From Actinomycetota bacterium (GTDB taxonomy: Bacteria; Actinomycetota; Coriobacteriia; Anaerosomatales; UBA912): a stretch of 64,000 bases of DNA. The DNA lies in the NCBI GenBank assembly GCA_023488435.1, contig JAMDCK010000019.1, positions 50,967 to 114,966 on the forward strand, in the 5' to 3' direction. The notes beneath the pieces were generated by a model. It was not told the origin of the DNA and did no database searches. It saw only the letters and a list, made by a program, of their open reading frames with translations. Made by a program: the position numbers and the translations under genes. This document shows positions 38,088-46,875 of the stretch, one piece after another. Position 1 is the first letter of the stretch; each line of letters begins with the position of its first letter.

Positions 38088-39422
38088 TTAACCCAACTCC
38101 CGTTCGACGACCCTCGCGATGCTCGCGGCTGATCGACCAGCCAGATCCTCGTCCTGGGCCTCCACCATTATCCGTACCAGCGGCTCGGTCCCAGAGGCTC
38201 TCACAAGCACGCGTCCGTTGCCATCCAATACCGACTCGACGCTGCAGACAGCCTCGTTGATCGCTTCATTTCCCGCCAATGAGCCTGTGTCACGAACGCG
38301 AACGTTTGTAAGCACTTGAGGGTACCGCTCCATAACCTTAGTGAGCTCCGAGAGCGGAAGTGTGCGCTCCTTCATCACTGATGCTAGCTGAAGGGCCGCA
38401 ACCAGTCCATCGCCGGTGGAATTGTGCTCAAGAAAGATGATGTGGCCCGACTGTTCGCCACCGAGATTCGCTCCACTGGCTCGCATTTCCTCGAGGACGT
38501 AGCGATCGCCCACCTTGGCCTGGAGAACTCGTACCCCCTGGTTCTGCATGGCGACCTGGAAGCCGAGATTACTCATCACCGTTGCCACAACCGTGGCCTC
38601 GGGAAGAGCACCTTTCGAATGCAAGTGGGTTGCGCAAACCGCAAGCAGCGTATCGCCGTCCACTACATTGCCGCGTTCGTCCATGGCGATGACGCGATCC
38701 GCATCGCCATCGTGCGCTATCCCGATATCCACCTTGTGCGTCAGTATCAACTCCCGCAGCATGGTCAAATCAGTCGATCCGCAGCCCACATTGATCTGTG
38801 CTCCGTCGAAATCACAATTAACTGCGATTACCTTGGCTCCCAGCTCTTTCAAGGCGCGAGGAGTCGTGATCGATGCGGCCCCATGCCCGCAATCGACAGC
38901 GACCGTCAGTCCCTCAAGGTCGACATCGATCGTGTCCATCACGTGAGACACATACCGCGACGTGGCATCATCCACATGTCGAACGCGACCGATCCCGTCG
39001 CCGAGAGGACGCTTCCCATTCCCTCCTTCGGCGACGAAGTCCTCGATCCGCTTCTCCATCCCGTCGGAAAGCTTGAATCCGTCCGGGCCGAAGAACTTGA
39101 TGCCGTTATACTCGGGTGGGTTGTGCGAAGCGCTGATAACGATACCGCCCGAGGCTCCGCACATACGCGTGAAATACGCTACCGCCGGGGTCGGCACGAT
39201 GCCGCAGAGCAGAACATCCGCACCTGCCGATGTGATACCGGCGACCATCGCAGCCTCCAGCATATCCCCGCTCGTGCGCGTGTCCTTGCCTATCACGATT
39301 TTCGACGAACCTTCCTCGCCGAAGAAGTAGCCTGCCGCCTCGCCTAGCCGAAACGCGATCTCTGGAGTGAGCGCCTCGTTCGCTATCCCTCGTACCCCAT
39401 CGGTCCCAAACAGTCGGGCCAT
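38088..39422 (-). CDS. glmM: Phosphoglucosamine mutase
   Basis: MARLFGTDGVRG, active-site ISASHNP, GDGDADR, GGEQSGH. The ATG at 39422 matches the family N-terminus. Confidence 0.95.
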   Translation of the reverse strand: MARLFGTDGVRGIANEALTPEIAFRLGEAAGYFFGEEGSSKIVIGKDTRTSGDMLEAAMVAGITSAGADVLLCGIVPTPAVAYFTRMCGASGGIVISASHNPPEYNGIKFFGPDGFKLSDGMEKRIEDFVAEGGNGKRPLGDGIGRVRHVDDATSRYVSHVMDTIDVDLEGLTVAVDCGHGAASITTPRALKELGAKVIAVNCDFDGAQINVGCGSTDLTMLRELILTHKVDIGIAHDGDADRVIAMDERGNVVDGDTLLAVCATHLHSKGALPEATVVATVMSNLGFQVAMQNQGVRVLQAKVGDRYVLEEMRASGANLGGEQSGHIIFLEHNSTGDGLVAALQLASVMKERTLPLSELTKVMERYPQVLTNVRVRDTGSLAGNEAINEAVCSVESVLDGNGRVLVRASGTEPLVRIMVEAQDEDLAGRSAASIARVVERELG

Positions 39423-39454
39423 ATCCTTAGCACCTTTCTCTTGCCGATTACGCA

Positions 39455-39482
39455 CAGGACCCGCCAGCATGGGCGGGTCCTG
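39455..39482 (-). terminator. GC-rich hairpin between rpsI and glmM (attenuator or I-shaped terminator candidate, no U-tract)
   Basis: CAGGACCCGCC, a 6-nt loop, then GGCGGGTCCTG. Confidence 0.35.
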
Positions 39483-39509
39483 AAACATTCTGAGAATCCT
39501 CTGTTCGCC

Positions 39510-39900
<391 letters not shown>

Positions 39901-39908
<8 letters not shown>

Positions 39909-40347
39909 CGACGTGGTCCTCCAGGTTTATCGATCGCGGCCCCTGTGCAACATGAGGATGCTCTGGGCCTGCGTATACTTTGAGCTTCTTCATCATGGCT
40001 CTGCCAAGAGTGTTCTTGGGCAGCATGCCCTTGACCGCGCGTGTGATGACGCGATCTGGATGGCGCTCCAGCATTCGGGAGATCGGAGTCTCTTTGAGAC
40101 CGCCATTGTACCCACTGTGCCGATAGGCCATCTTGGTAGCCATCTTATTACCGGTCAATCGGATCTTCTCAGCGTTGATGACGACAACGAAGTCACCGGT
40201 ATCGACGTGAGGTGTGTACTGAGGCTTGTTCTTGCCCTTCAGGATTTGAGCCACCCTGCTAGCAAGACGACCCAGCACCATGTCGTTCGCGTCAACGAGC
40301 AGCCATTCGCGCTCGACTTCGCCTGGTTTCGCATGGTAGGTCTTCAC
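39901..40347 (-). CDS. rplM: 50S ribosomal protein L13
   Basis: [20 protein letters not shown]...[21 protein letters not shown] start. Confidence 0.97.
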
Positions 40348-40418
40348 TTATCCTCCAACTTCAAAAATGATCTAGTACTGTTCGAATGAGTTTTCACGGG
40401 GCACAAACGAACCCTTAG

Positions 40419-40447
40419 ACTATAGCCATCGGGCACCGTTGAGTCAA
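40419..40447 (-). promoter_or_regulatory. rplM-rpsI(-glmM) promoter
   Basis: The minus strand reads TTGACT, a 17-nt spacer, then TATAGT. Lies about 70 nt upstream of the rplM start. Confidence 0.55.
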
Positions 40448-40481
40448 TAACAGTTAAGCACGGCGAGGCAGTGCGGTTTGG

Positions 40482-42464
40482 TTATTGTGACGCCCTTGCC
40501 TTCTTGGCGTAATCGGCTGCCGCTTGTGCCTGAACAATGGCCCTGTTCATCGAGACTAGAAAGCCGCTGGGGTTGTGGAACCCCTTACTGTTCTCCGAAA
40601 CCGCCAGATTCTCCCAGAGCACATGTGCTGTCTGGTAATTGCTTACCGCTTCTCTTAGATAGGAATTGTCGTCAGGAACGCCAGCGTTCTTGGCCGTCCA
40701 TATCTCCCTCAAGGCGATCACCAGGGCATCTTGTGCCCAGAGTCCAAGGGTGTAGGATTCATCCTGGATGCGATGAACCGCATTGATCATCCGTGTCGGC
40801 TCCCCCGCCTCAAGATGACAAGTTCCGCAGGGCTCGATAACCCCATTCGGCAACGAGATCTGCGCCTGCTCCGCAAACCTTTCGGCTGGCCCGGGGGTCA
40901 TATATTTTATCGGGGAGGCCATCCAGTGCGATGTGAACGTACGCCTCCGAGGTCCTGTGAGCTGGTCGTCGGGTACTTCGGCGGGGTTAAGTTTCACCCT
41001 AGGCATGTGACAGGCATTGCAGCTGGTAGCGTTGGCGTAGTGACGGCTCTGCCAGTAGAACTCAACCTCAGGATGTTGGCTCTTTATCAATCTCTCACCG
41101 ATGGGATATAGCGCCCCCTCAGGGAAGTATCCAGGCTTTGCCCGATCGTCGCTTTGCCAAGGCTGCGGCCCAATGCCGTGACGGAAGTCTTGAGCATAGT
41201 TGAATCTGGCTCTGAAGTCCGCCTCGAGGTCGAACTCCTTGCGCCAAGGAAAGTAGTCTCGGATAGTTGTGTCAATGGGACTGAACCCACACACATACTC
41301 CACGTGGCACTGAGCGCAAAGCAAGATGTTGCGATCGTAGACGCTCAATGCAGGATCGTCCATGCTTCGTATTTCGGCTTTAGCCGGATCGTATGGATTG
41401 ACTCCACGTTCGGATACCGCGCTAATGAGAGCCTGCCGAATGATCCTGAACTGAGTGTCGTGAGGATTATGGCACTGATTGCATGTGATCCCACCAGGAA
41501 TGGTGGGCGAACCTTCTGGTAGTTCGTCGACAACCAAGGCGTAAGTAGCCGCCCAAAGCATTTTTCTAGCCTCAGGAGACTGTCTTCCGTTGTTTTCGGC
41601 GGCAACGCCTGTCGCGTTATACGACGCGTACTGAACGCCATCCGGCAGAGTAACGCGCACCTTTACTTCGTAGTTCGGCAGACCGGTCTCGGGGTGTGGC
41701 GTTTCTTGGTCAGTGGATAGGTAAACCTCGGTGCCTGCCGGAATGGTGATGACCTGGCCGGGTGCAAAGTGTCCGGACTGGACCTTGACCTCGTTTTGAA
41801 CAGTTCTTGTTATACCGCTGTTCCAGTAGTAGACAACCTCGGTCGCTTTACACTGGAGGCAATTCTCGAACTTGCCTCGGCTGATGTTGTAGTGATCCAG
41901 AAGTGCGACACTGTGACTCCTGTCTTCATTGTACTCAGTGACAAACCCATGACCGTGCAACAGCGTGTTGTAATACTCCCAATCCATGGTCTTGGCCCGC
42001 AAGGCGCCGACATCGCCAATAGCCTCGTCAACGGGCTGGGCCCCTGGTGCCAGGGGCTCCTGTGGGCCCGGGGATCCCCCGTACCTTGTCCGGAAGGAAT
42101 CGCCGTAGCTAAAGGTCGTGTATTGATCCACGTGACATTGACCACACTGTTCCCGAGCGAACACCACAGCAACCCTAGCTTCCGGGTTCTCAGGGTCTGC
42201 CGCGTGGTCTAGGGCTCCTGCATGGCAAACCTGGCAGGAAAGAGTCGCATCTGGATCGAAATCAGGGATCAGCCGCTCTCCCCAGTACTGAATGTCAACA
42301 TGTGGGCCTGCCAGCACGGCGTCGACCTGCTCGCCATGGCAGCCACTACCGCCGCATGCGACTCGTTCTGGGGCCTGTTCGCCCACACCCGTCAACGCAA
42401 ATACTAGCAGTGCCGCTGCCCCCGCCAAGAGCACTAGGATCACCGCAACCAGTTTGCCTTTCAC
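40482..42464 (-). CDS. Membrane-anchored octahaem c-type cytochrome of the NrfA / octahaem nitrite reductase family (CXXCK active-site haem)
   Basis: Haem motifs in order are CGGSGCH (CX4CH), CQVCH, CGQCH, CLQCK, CNQCH, CAQCH, CNACH and CGTCH. NrfA-like signatures are EDRSH, LLCAQCHVEY, SQHPEVEFYWQSRHYANATSCNACHMP, and a C-terminal helix with ENSKGFHNP. N-terminal TM anchor. GTG start with GAGAGGG upstream. Confidence 0.8.
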   Translation of the reverse strand: MKGKLVAVILVLLAGAAALLVFALTGVGEQAPERVACGGSGCHGEQVDAVLAGPHVDIQYWGERLIPDFDPDATLSCQVCHAGALDHAADPENPEARVAVVFAREQCGQCHVDQYTTFSYGDSFRTRYGGSPGPQEPLAPGAQPVDEAIGDVGALRAKTMDWEYYNTLLHGHGFVTEYNEDRSHSVALLDHYNISRGKFENCLQCKATEVVYYWNSGITRTVQNEVKVQSGHFAPGQVITIPAGTEVYLSTDQETPHPETGLPNYEVKVRVTLPDGVQYASYNATGVAAENNGRQSPEARKMLWAATYALVVDELPEGSPTIPGGITCNQCHNPHDTQFRIIRQALISAVSERGVNPYDPAKAEIRSMDDPALSVYDRNILLCAQCHVEYVCGFSPIDTTIRDYFPWRKEFDLEADFRARFNYAQDFRHGIGPQPWQSDDRAKPGYFPEGALYPIGERLIKSQHPEVEFYWQSRHYANATSCNACHMPRVKLNPAEVPDDQLTGPRRRTFTSHWMASPIKYMTPGPAERFAEQAQISLPNGVIEPCGTCHLEAGEPTRMINAVHRIQDESYTLGLWAQDALVIALREIWTAKNAGVPDDNSYLREAVSNYQTAHVLWENLAVSENSKGFHNPSGFLVSMNRAIVQAQAAADYAKKARASQ

Positions 42465-42484
42465 GTTGATCGCCCTCTCTCTGC

Positions 42485-43675
42485 CTATACTTCCGGGGCC
42501 CTAATGTTCAGTAGCTTCACTCCAATGGTGATGATCAACGCTCCGACAGCCCAAAGGCCCACGCCCACCAAAACCTCTTGAAAGGTGGGGGCGTAGGATG
42601 TCAACTCTCCCATCGCGGACACCCCTAAGCCTTTGACGAGCAAGATGAATCTCTTTATGAACACACCTATCACCAGAAGCAGCGAGGCGAGAGCGATCAC
42701 TGGTATCGACTTACGGATCTTAGGGATAACCAGAAGGACGAAGGGCAGCAAGCCGAACAAAAACACTTGCGATAGAAATAGCGGTGCGTACTTTCCTGTC
42801 AGCAGCAAGCTATACATTTCCACGTAGGAGGGCTTGCCCGCACCTGGCCAAAGAGCAGTCATCATTTCAGCAAGCAGGAAGAAAAGGTCAACGAGTACCA
42901 CAACAGCCAGCAGCTTTCCCATTTTGAAGAATATCTCGTCCTTGAATCTCGTGCCGGTGAACTTCGACACGAGCAGACTGATGAGAATAAGTAATGCGAG
43001 GCCAGAAACAACAGCCGATGAAACAAACAGAGGCGCCATCAGTGCTGTGTTCCAGAGCTCCTCGCCCCTGACAAAGCCGAGCACCCAGGCTGTGATTGAG
43101 TGCATCGAGATCGCGGCTGTCAGAGAAACGATGGCCATCCCCAGAAGAAACCTGGGAGAACCCTTCCCCGTGTGAGACAGCCACAGAGCAATAGCGCAAA
43201 TTGCTAGATAGGAGTTCAAGATAATGAAGTCAAAAACGAAGATGGAGCTGAAGTTCGGACTCAAGAGAAACCAAAAAACCCTCTCGGGACGACCCAAATC
43301 AATCAGTACGAAGAGCGCTGCCAACAGCGTGCACACCAAGGCTTGAAGAACTGCCAGTTTGGATAACGGCTTGAACTCCCGGGCGTCAAAGATATACACG
43401 CTCGCATAAACCACGAGTCCACCGGCGGCTAATCCTACAAAGAACATGAAGTTCTGGATATAGAACCCCCATGGAAACCCGTCTCTCAAGCCGGTGACGA
43501 CAAGGCCTCGGGCGAGTGGTGTTTGGAAATAATAGGCATAGACCCCGAGGCCTATCAGCAGCACAAGAGTCGTCACCCAACCATAAAACACAAAGGTAGG
43601 ACCGTTTTTCTTAGGGGCCATACTTCCTCCCGAGGCATCTTTCGTCTCTAGATACTCCGCGTTGTCATTTTGCAT
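42485..43675 (-). CDS. NrfD/PsrC-family polytopic membrane quinol-interacting subunit
   Basis: 396-aa, very hydrophobic, multi-helix protein. It lies directly downstream of the NrfC-like FeS protein, the architecture typical of NrfD/PsrC/DsrP/ActC. Confidence 0.75.
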   Translation of the reverse strand: MQNDNAEYLETKDASGGSMAPKKNGPTFVFYGWVTTLVLLIGLGVYAYYFQTPLARGLVVTGLRDGFPWGFYIQNFMFFVGLAAGGLVVYASVYIFDAREFKPLSKLAVLQALVCTLLAALFVLIDLGRPERVFWFLLSPNFSSIFVFDFIILNSYLAICAIALWLSHTGKGSPRFLLGMAIVSLTAAISMHSITAWVLGFVRGEELWNTALMAPLFVSSAVVSGLALLILISLLVSKFTGTRFKDEIFFKMGKLLAVVVLVDLFFLLAEMMTALWPGAGKPSYVEMYSLLLTGKYAPLFLSQVFLFGLLPFVLLVIPKIRKSIPVIALASLLLVIGVFIKRFILLVKGLGVSAMGELTSYAPTFQEVLVGVGLWAVGALIITIGVKLLNIRAPEV

Positions 43676-43681
43676 CTAGGC

Positions 43682-44488
43682 TCACCCTAAATAGTAGAAG
43701 CGAGGATCGGCACCTTGCTCTTCCTTCAAGCGGAAAGCTCGTCTGGTGATAATCAACTTGGATACAGCACTCTCCGGATCGTTCATGTCGCCGAAGAATC
43801 GTGCAGCCGTTGGGCAGGCCTCCACACAAGCTGGAGTCCGCCCAATCCTGACGCGGTGAATGCAGAATGTGCACTTCTCGGCAACGCCCACGGGGCGCTT
43901 CGGAACTTCTAGATTGAGTTCGCCTTCGGGTACTTCCGGCTTTTTCCAGTTGAATCGGCGGGCGCCGTAAGGGCAAGCGACCACGCAGTATCTACATCCT
44001 ATGCACTTGTCATAGTCGATAACCGTGATGCCGTCGGGATCCTTCCATGTAGCCGTCACAGGACATACTTTGACGCACGGCGGGCTTTCGCACTGCATGC
44101 AGGCAACCGGCAGATACCACCGATCGGGTAGCGGCGCCTTCGTGTAGAGAGAGTCAGTGTTCTTGAGACTGATCGTACCCCTCTTGAGACTTTGGACCCT
44201 GATCCACTCCATATTTGATGACCTGGGGATGTTGTTGGTCTTGACGCACGCATAGACACACCTTCGGCAACCAACACAAGCCTTAGTGTTCAATGCCATC
44301 GCGAACCTAACGTCGGTCTTGAGCGGAGGAGGAGCGTAGCTGACGCTTGGTCCCTGCGCCAAGTTGCTCTTGGACTCCACAGAGGCCAAAACCCTCATGC
44401 CTCCCACATAGCCACCCAAAGTAAAGGCGCCAGCCACCATTCCCGTCTTGATCAAAAAGTCGCGTCGATCGATCGATTCGTCTTTCAT
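43682..44488 (-). CDS. Tat-exported 4x[4Fe-4S] ferredoxin subunit (NrfC/PsrB/DsrO-like)
   Basis: Twin-arginine leader MKDESIDRRDFLIKTGMVAGA. Four cluster motifs are CVGCRRCVYAC, CMQCESPPCVKVCP, CIGCRYCVVACP and CTFC...CVEACP. Confidence 0.85.
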   Translation of the reverse strand: MKDESIDRRDFLIKTGMVAGAFTLGGYVGGMRVLASVESKSNLAQGPSVSYAPPPLKTDVRFAMALNTKACVGCRRCVYACVKTNNIPRSSNMEWIRVQSLKRGTISLKNTDSLYTKAPLPDRWYLPVACMQCESPPCVKVCPVTATWKDPDGITVIDYDKCIGCRYCVVACPYGARRFNWKKPEVPEGELNLEVPKRPVGVAEKCTFCIHRVRIGRTPACVEACPTAARFFGDMNDPESAVSKLIITRRAFRLKEEQGADPRFYYLG

Positions 44489-44490
44489 GA

Positions 44491-45120
44491 CTACCGCCGC
44501 CCTTTGTTCGATTTGGCTGACATTCCCACCACTATGGAAATGCCTACTAGTCCGCCACTTAGCAGAAAGACAAGGATTGCCACAATCTCCAACTCAGGCA
44601 AGGAGGGCGAAGGCGGATCATCCGCTGGGGGAGGCAACGGCGTGAAGGGCTCTGCATAAGGGCCCACTCTGAAGGAAATAGGCTCGTCGAGAAATGGAGG
44701 CAAGGGGGCGACCTTGAACCGTCCGGGCCTGTGAGGGCTGTGGCAGGTGATGCAGCTAGCCCTCCCCGGCTTTCCATGAGTTCCTGCCTGCCACTCGTTG
44801 TACTTGTTCGAATGACACCGGTAACAAAGCCGAGGAACGTTCTCTTCGATAAAGGGAACCTGAGAGCCATCGATCAGGATGAAGTAGCTGGCCTCTCCTA
44901 CGACCATATCGTGACATACCTGGCAGGCATCTCGCGTTGGGCTGCCTAGCTTCTCATGACTGTCCAGCTCAATATAATCATGCTGTGAGGCTTGCGCTGC
45001 GCCCGCAAAAACGAACAGTGACAGGATGATTGCTGTGCAGACCGTCGTCAAAAGAGAAAGCCTGCGATGAGGGGCTACATCCCCCACGGAATCGCACACG
45101 CCCCTAGGACTCATAGCCAT
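44491..45120 (-). CDS. Trihaem c-type cytochrome with N-terminal signal/anchor and C-terminal TM helix
   Basis: CQVCH, CYRCH and CITCH. N-terminal hydrophobic segment LSLLTTVCTAIILSLFVFAGAAQA. A Pro-rich linker precedes the C-terminal helix EIVAILVFLLSGGLVGISIVVG. I chose the ATG at 45120; the 104 upstream codons of the track ORF look non-coding. Confidence 0.7.
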   Translation of the reverse strand: MAMSPRGVCDSVGDVAPHRRLSLLTTVCTAIILSLFVFAGAAQASQHDYIELDSHEKLGSPTRDACQVCHDMVVGEASYFILIDGSQVPFIEENVPRLCYRCHSNKYNEWQAGTHGKPGRASCITCHSPHRPGRFKVAPLPPFLDEPISFRVGPYAEPFTPLPPPADDPPSPSLPELEIVAILVFLLSGGLVGISIVVGMSAKSNKGRR

Positions 45121-45233
45121 CTTCCTTTCGCCGACGCATCCTTTGCGTACATCGTGCCTGTAGGGCGACTTCGGCTCGTACTTGCGGAATCCTTCCGGTT
45201 TGGTACTTTTTCTGACTATACCCGAGCGGACAG

Positions 45234-45251
45234 CGAAATATGTGTATTTCG
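45234..45251. promoter_or_regulatory. Perfect 7-4-7 inverted repeat (candidate operator) upstream of the cytochrome cluster
   Basis: CGAAATA-TGTG-TATTTCG. It lies about 14 nt upstream, on the minus strand, of a TATAGT -10-like hexamer (45215-45220), so it overlaps the -35 position. No good -35 hexamer is present. Confidence 0.3.
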
Positions 45252-45277
45252 TAGAGATAGTATGTAGGAAATTCAGT

Positions 45278-46081
45278 CTACACTTGATCGACCCAGCAGC
45301 TCTCTGGATAGGTGACGTTCCACAATGTGAGCCCATGGGATGGAGCAGTCGGGCCCGCAGCCCGCCGAATCTTCGCGGACAGTGCATCGGCGAGCCAGCT
45401 AGGTTCACGCTTGCCAATCCCCACCTCAACAAGACTGCCTACCACGACGCGGACCATTGAATGGAGGAATGCATCGCCGATCACGCGGACAGTCACACAC
45501 TCCTCGCCCAACAAGGTGTGTCGGTCCACATCCACGACCTCCAAAGCCCGAACGGTACTTTTACCCTCGGCGGAGCGCGCCACACAAAACGATGCGAAAT
45601 CATGCTCGCCGATCAGAATGACTCCGCCTTCCTGCATCGCCTCCAAGTCGAGAGGCTTTCTGACCCACCAAGCGTACCGGGACATGAACACCGGTGGTGT
45701 CGCACCAGTTGCTAAGCGGTAGCGATACTCTCGGCTGGAGGCATCGAACCTCGCCGAGAAGTCTGGAGCGGTACGCCGGGCCCCCTTAATGGCGATCCCT
45801 TTACTCGCGCACAGCGCATTGAGTGAGCGCACAAGGCTGTCCAGATCGGGCAACACGTCGTCGGCCTCGAAGCTCACCACCTGTGCACGCGCATGGACTC
45901 CTGTGTCGGTTCGACCTGCCCCAGTCGTACGTATCTCAGTCCGCAAGACAGTCGCCAGAGCGGATTCCAGTGTGCCCTGGACGGTCGACAGGCCCTCCTG
46001 GCGCGCGAAGCCGTGGAAGCCGGAGCCATCGTATGAGACCGTCAATGCGATGCCCTCGCCCATCTTCTCCCTCATCATCAT
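45278..46081 (-). CDS. truA: tRNA pseudouridine(38-40) synthase TruA
   Basis: IALTVSYDGSGFHGFARQ, GAGRTDTGVHA (catalytic Asp). The ATG at 46081 overlaps the ecfT stop (ATGA). Confidence 0.93.
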   Translation of the reverse strand: MMMREKMGEGIALTVSYDGSGFHGFARQEGLSTVQGTLESALATVLRTEIRTTGAGRTDTGVHARAQVVSFEADDVLPDLDSLVRSLNALCASKGIAIKGARRTAPDFSARFDASSREYRYRLATGATPPVFMSRYAWWVRKPLDLEAMQEGGVILIGEHDFASFCVARSAEGKSTVRALEVVDVDRHTLLGEECVTVRVIGDAFLHSMVRVVVGSLVEVGIGKREPSWLADALSAKIRRAAGPTAPSHGLTLWNVTYPESCWVDQV

Positions 46082-46875
46082 AACGTCACGGCGATGACGG
46101 CGAATGCGAGGCATGCCCCCAGCAACACCGAGATGTCGATCTTGGTCATACTACTCTGATGTAATCTGGTTCGGCCATAGCCTCCCACGTAGCACCTGGC
46201 CTCCATGGCTATCGCTAATGCCTCGGCCCGCTTGAACAGATTGACGAAGAGCGGGATCAGAATCGGGATGTATGCCCTGGCCCGAGATATCGGCCATCGT
46301 TGATCGAACCTAGCGCCCCTGGCGATCTGGGCGACCATGATCTTCTCGGCCTCCTCGGCCATTGTCGGGATGAAGCGAAGCGCGATTGTGAGCATCATCG
46401 CGATGTCGCCCACAGGGATCCTCAGGCGTTCGAGTGGACGCATGATCCTGGTGAGTCCGTCGGTGATCTCAACAGGTGAGCTGGTCAGTGTGAGCAACGT
46501 ACTTCCCAGGACAAGGATCACTATCCTCGCCGAAAAGAAGAGCCCCTGCAACAGCCCCCCCTGGTCGATGGCTAGGGGGCCGAGTCTGAGCAGGGCGACC
46601 GTGGCGGGCTCCCATCGAAGCGCGTGGGCAAGCAGCGTGAAGGAGAGCAACAACGTCACAGCTTTGAGGCCACGGGTCACAAGGTGGAGCGGAACCCTTG
46701 ACAGCGCGATGACGACCAACAGCATGCTCGCAATGACGCCTAGGCCCGTGAATCCTTCGATTGTGAAGAGCGTGATGCCCATCCCGGCCATCAGCCCCAT
46801 CTTGGTTCTGGGATCCAGCACATGTATCGGGGAATCGATGGGAACATACTGACCGAATGGAACTGGAGCCCTCAT
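46078..46875 (-). CDS. ecfT: Energy-coupling factor transporter transmembrane component EcfT
   Basis: Polytopic protein with the conserved coupling-helix motifs (AQIARGARF ... EALAIAMEARC). Overlaps ecfA2. Confidence 0.9.
   Translation of the reverse strand: MRAPVPFGQYVPIDSPIHVLDPRTKMGLMAGMGITLFTIEGFTGLGVIASMLLVVIALSRVPLHLVTRGLKAVTLLLSFTLLAHALRWEPATVALLRLGPLAIDQGGLLQGLFFSARIVILVLGSTLLTLTSSPVEITDGLTRIMRPLERLRIPVGDIAMMLTIALRFIPTMAEEAEKIMVAQIARGARFDQRWPISRARAYIPILIPLFVNLFKRAEALAIAMEARCYVGGYGRTRLHQSSMTKIDISVLLGACLAFAVIAVTL

Noticed and set aside
45121-45432. The N-terminal 104 codons of the track ORF 44491-45432, overlapping the truA 3' end
   Set aside because: There is no signal or domain content. 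This stretch would overlap truA. The ATG at 45120 is followed at once by a signal-like hydrophobic segment, so the upstream part is better read as a promoter and 5' UTR.
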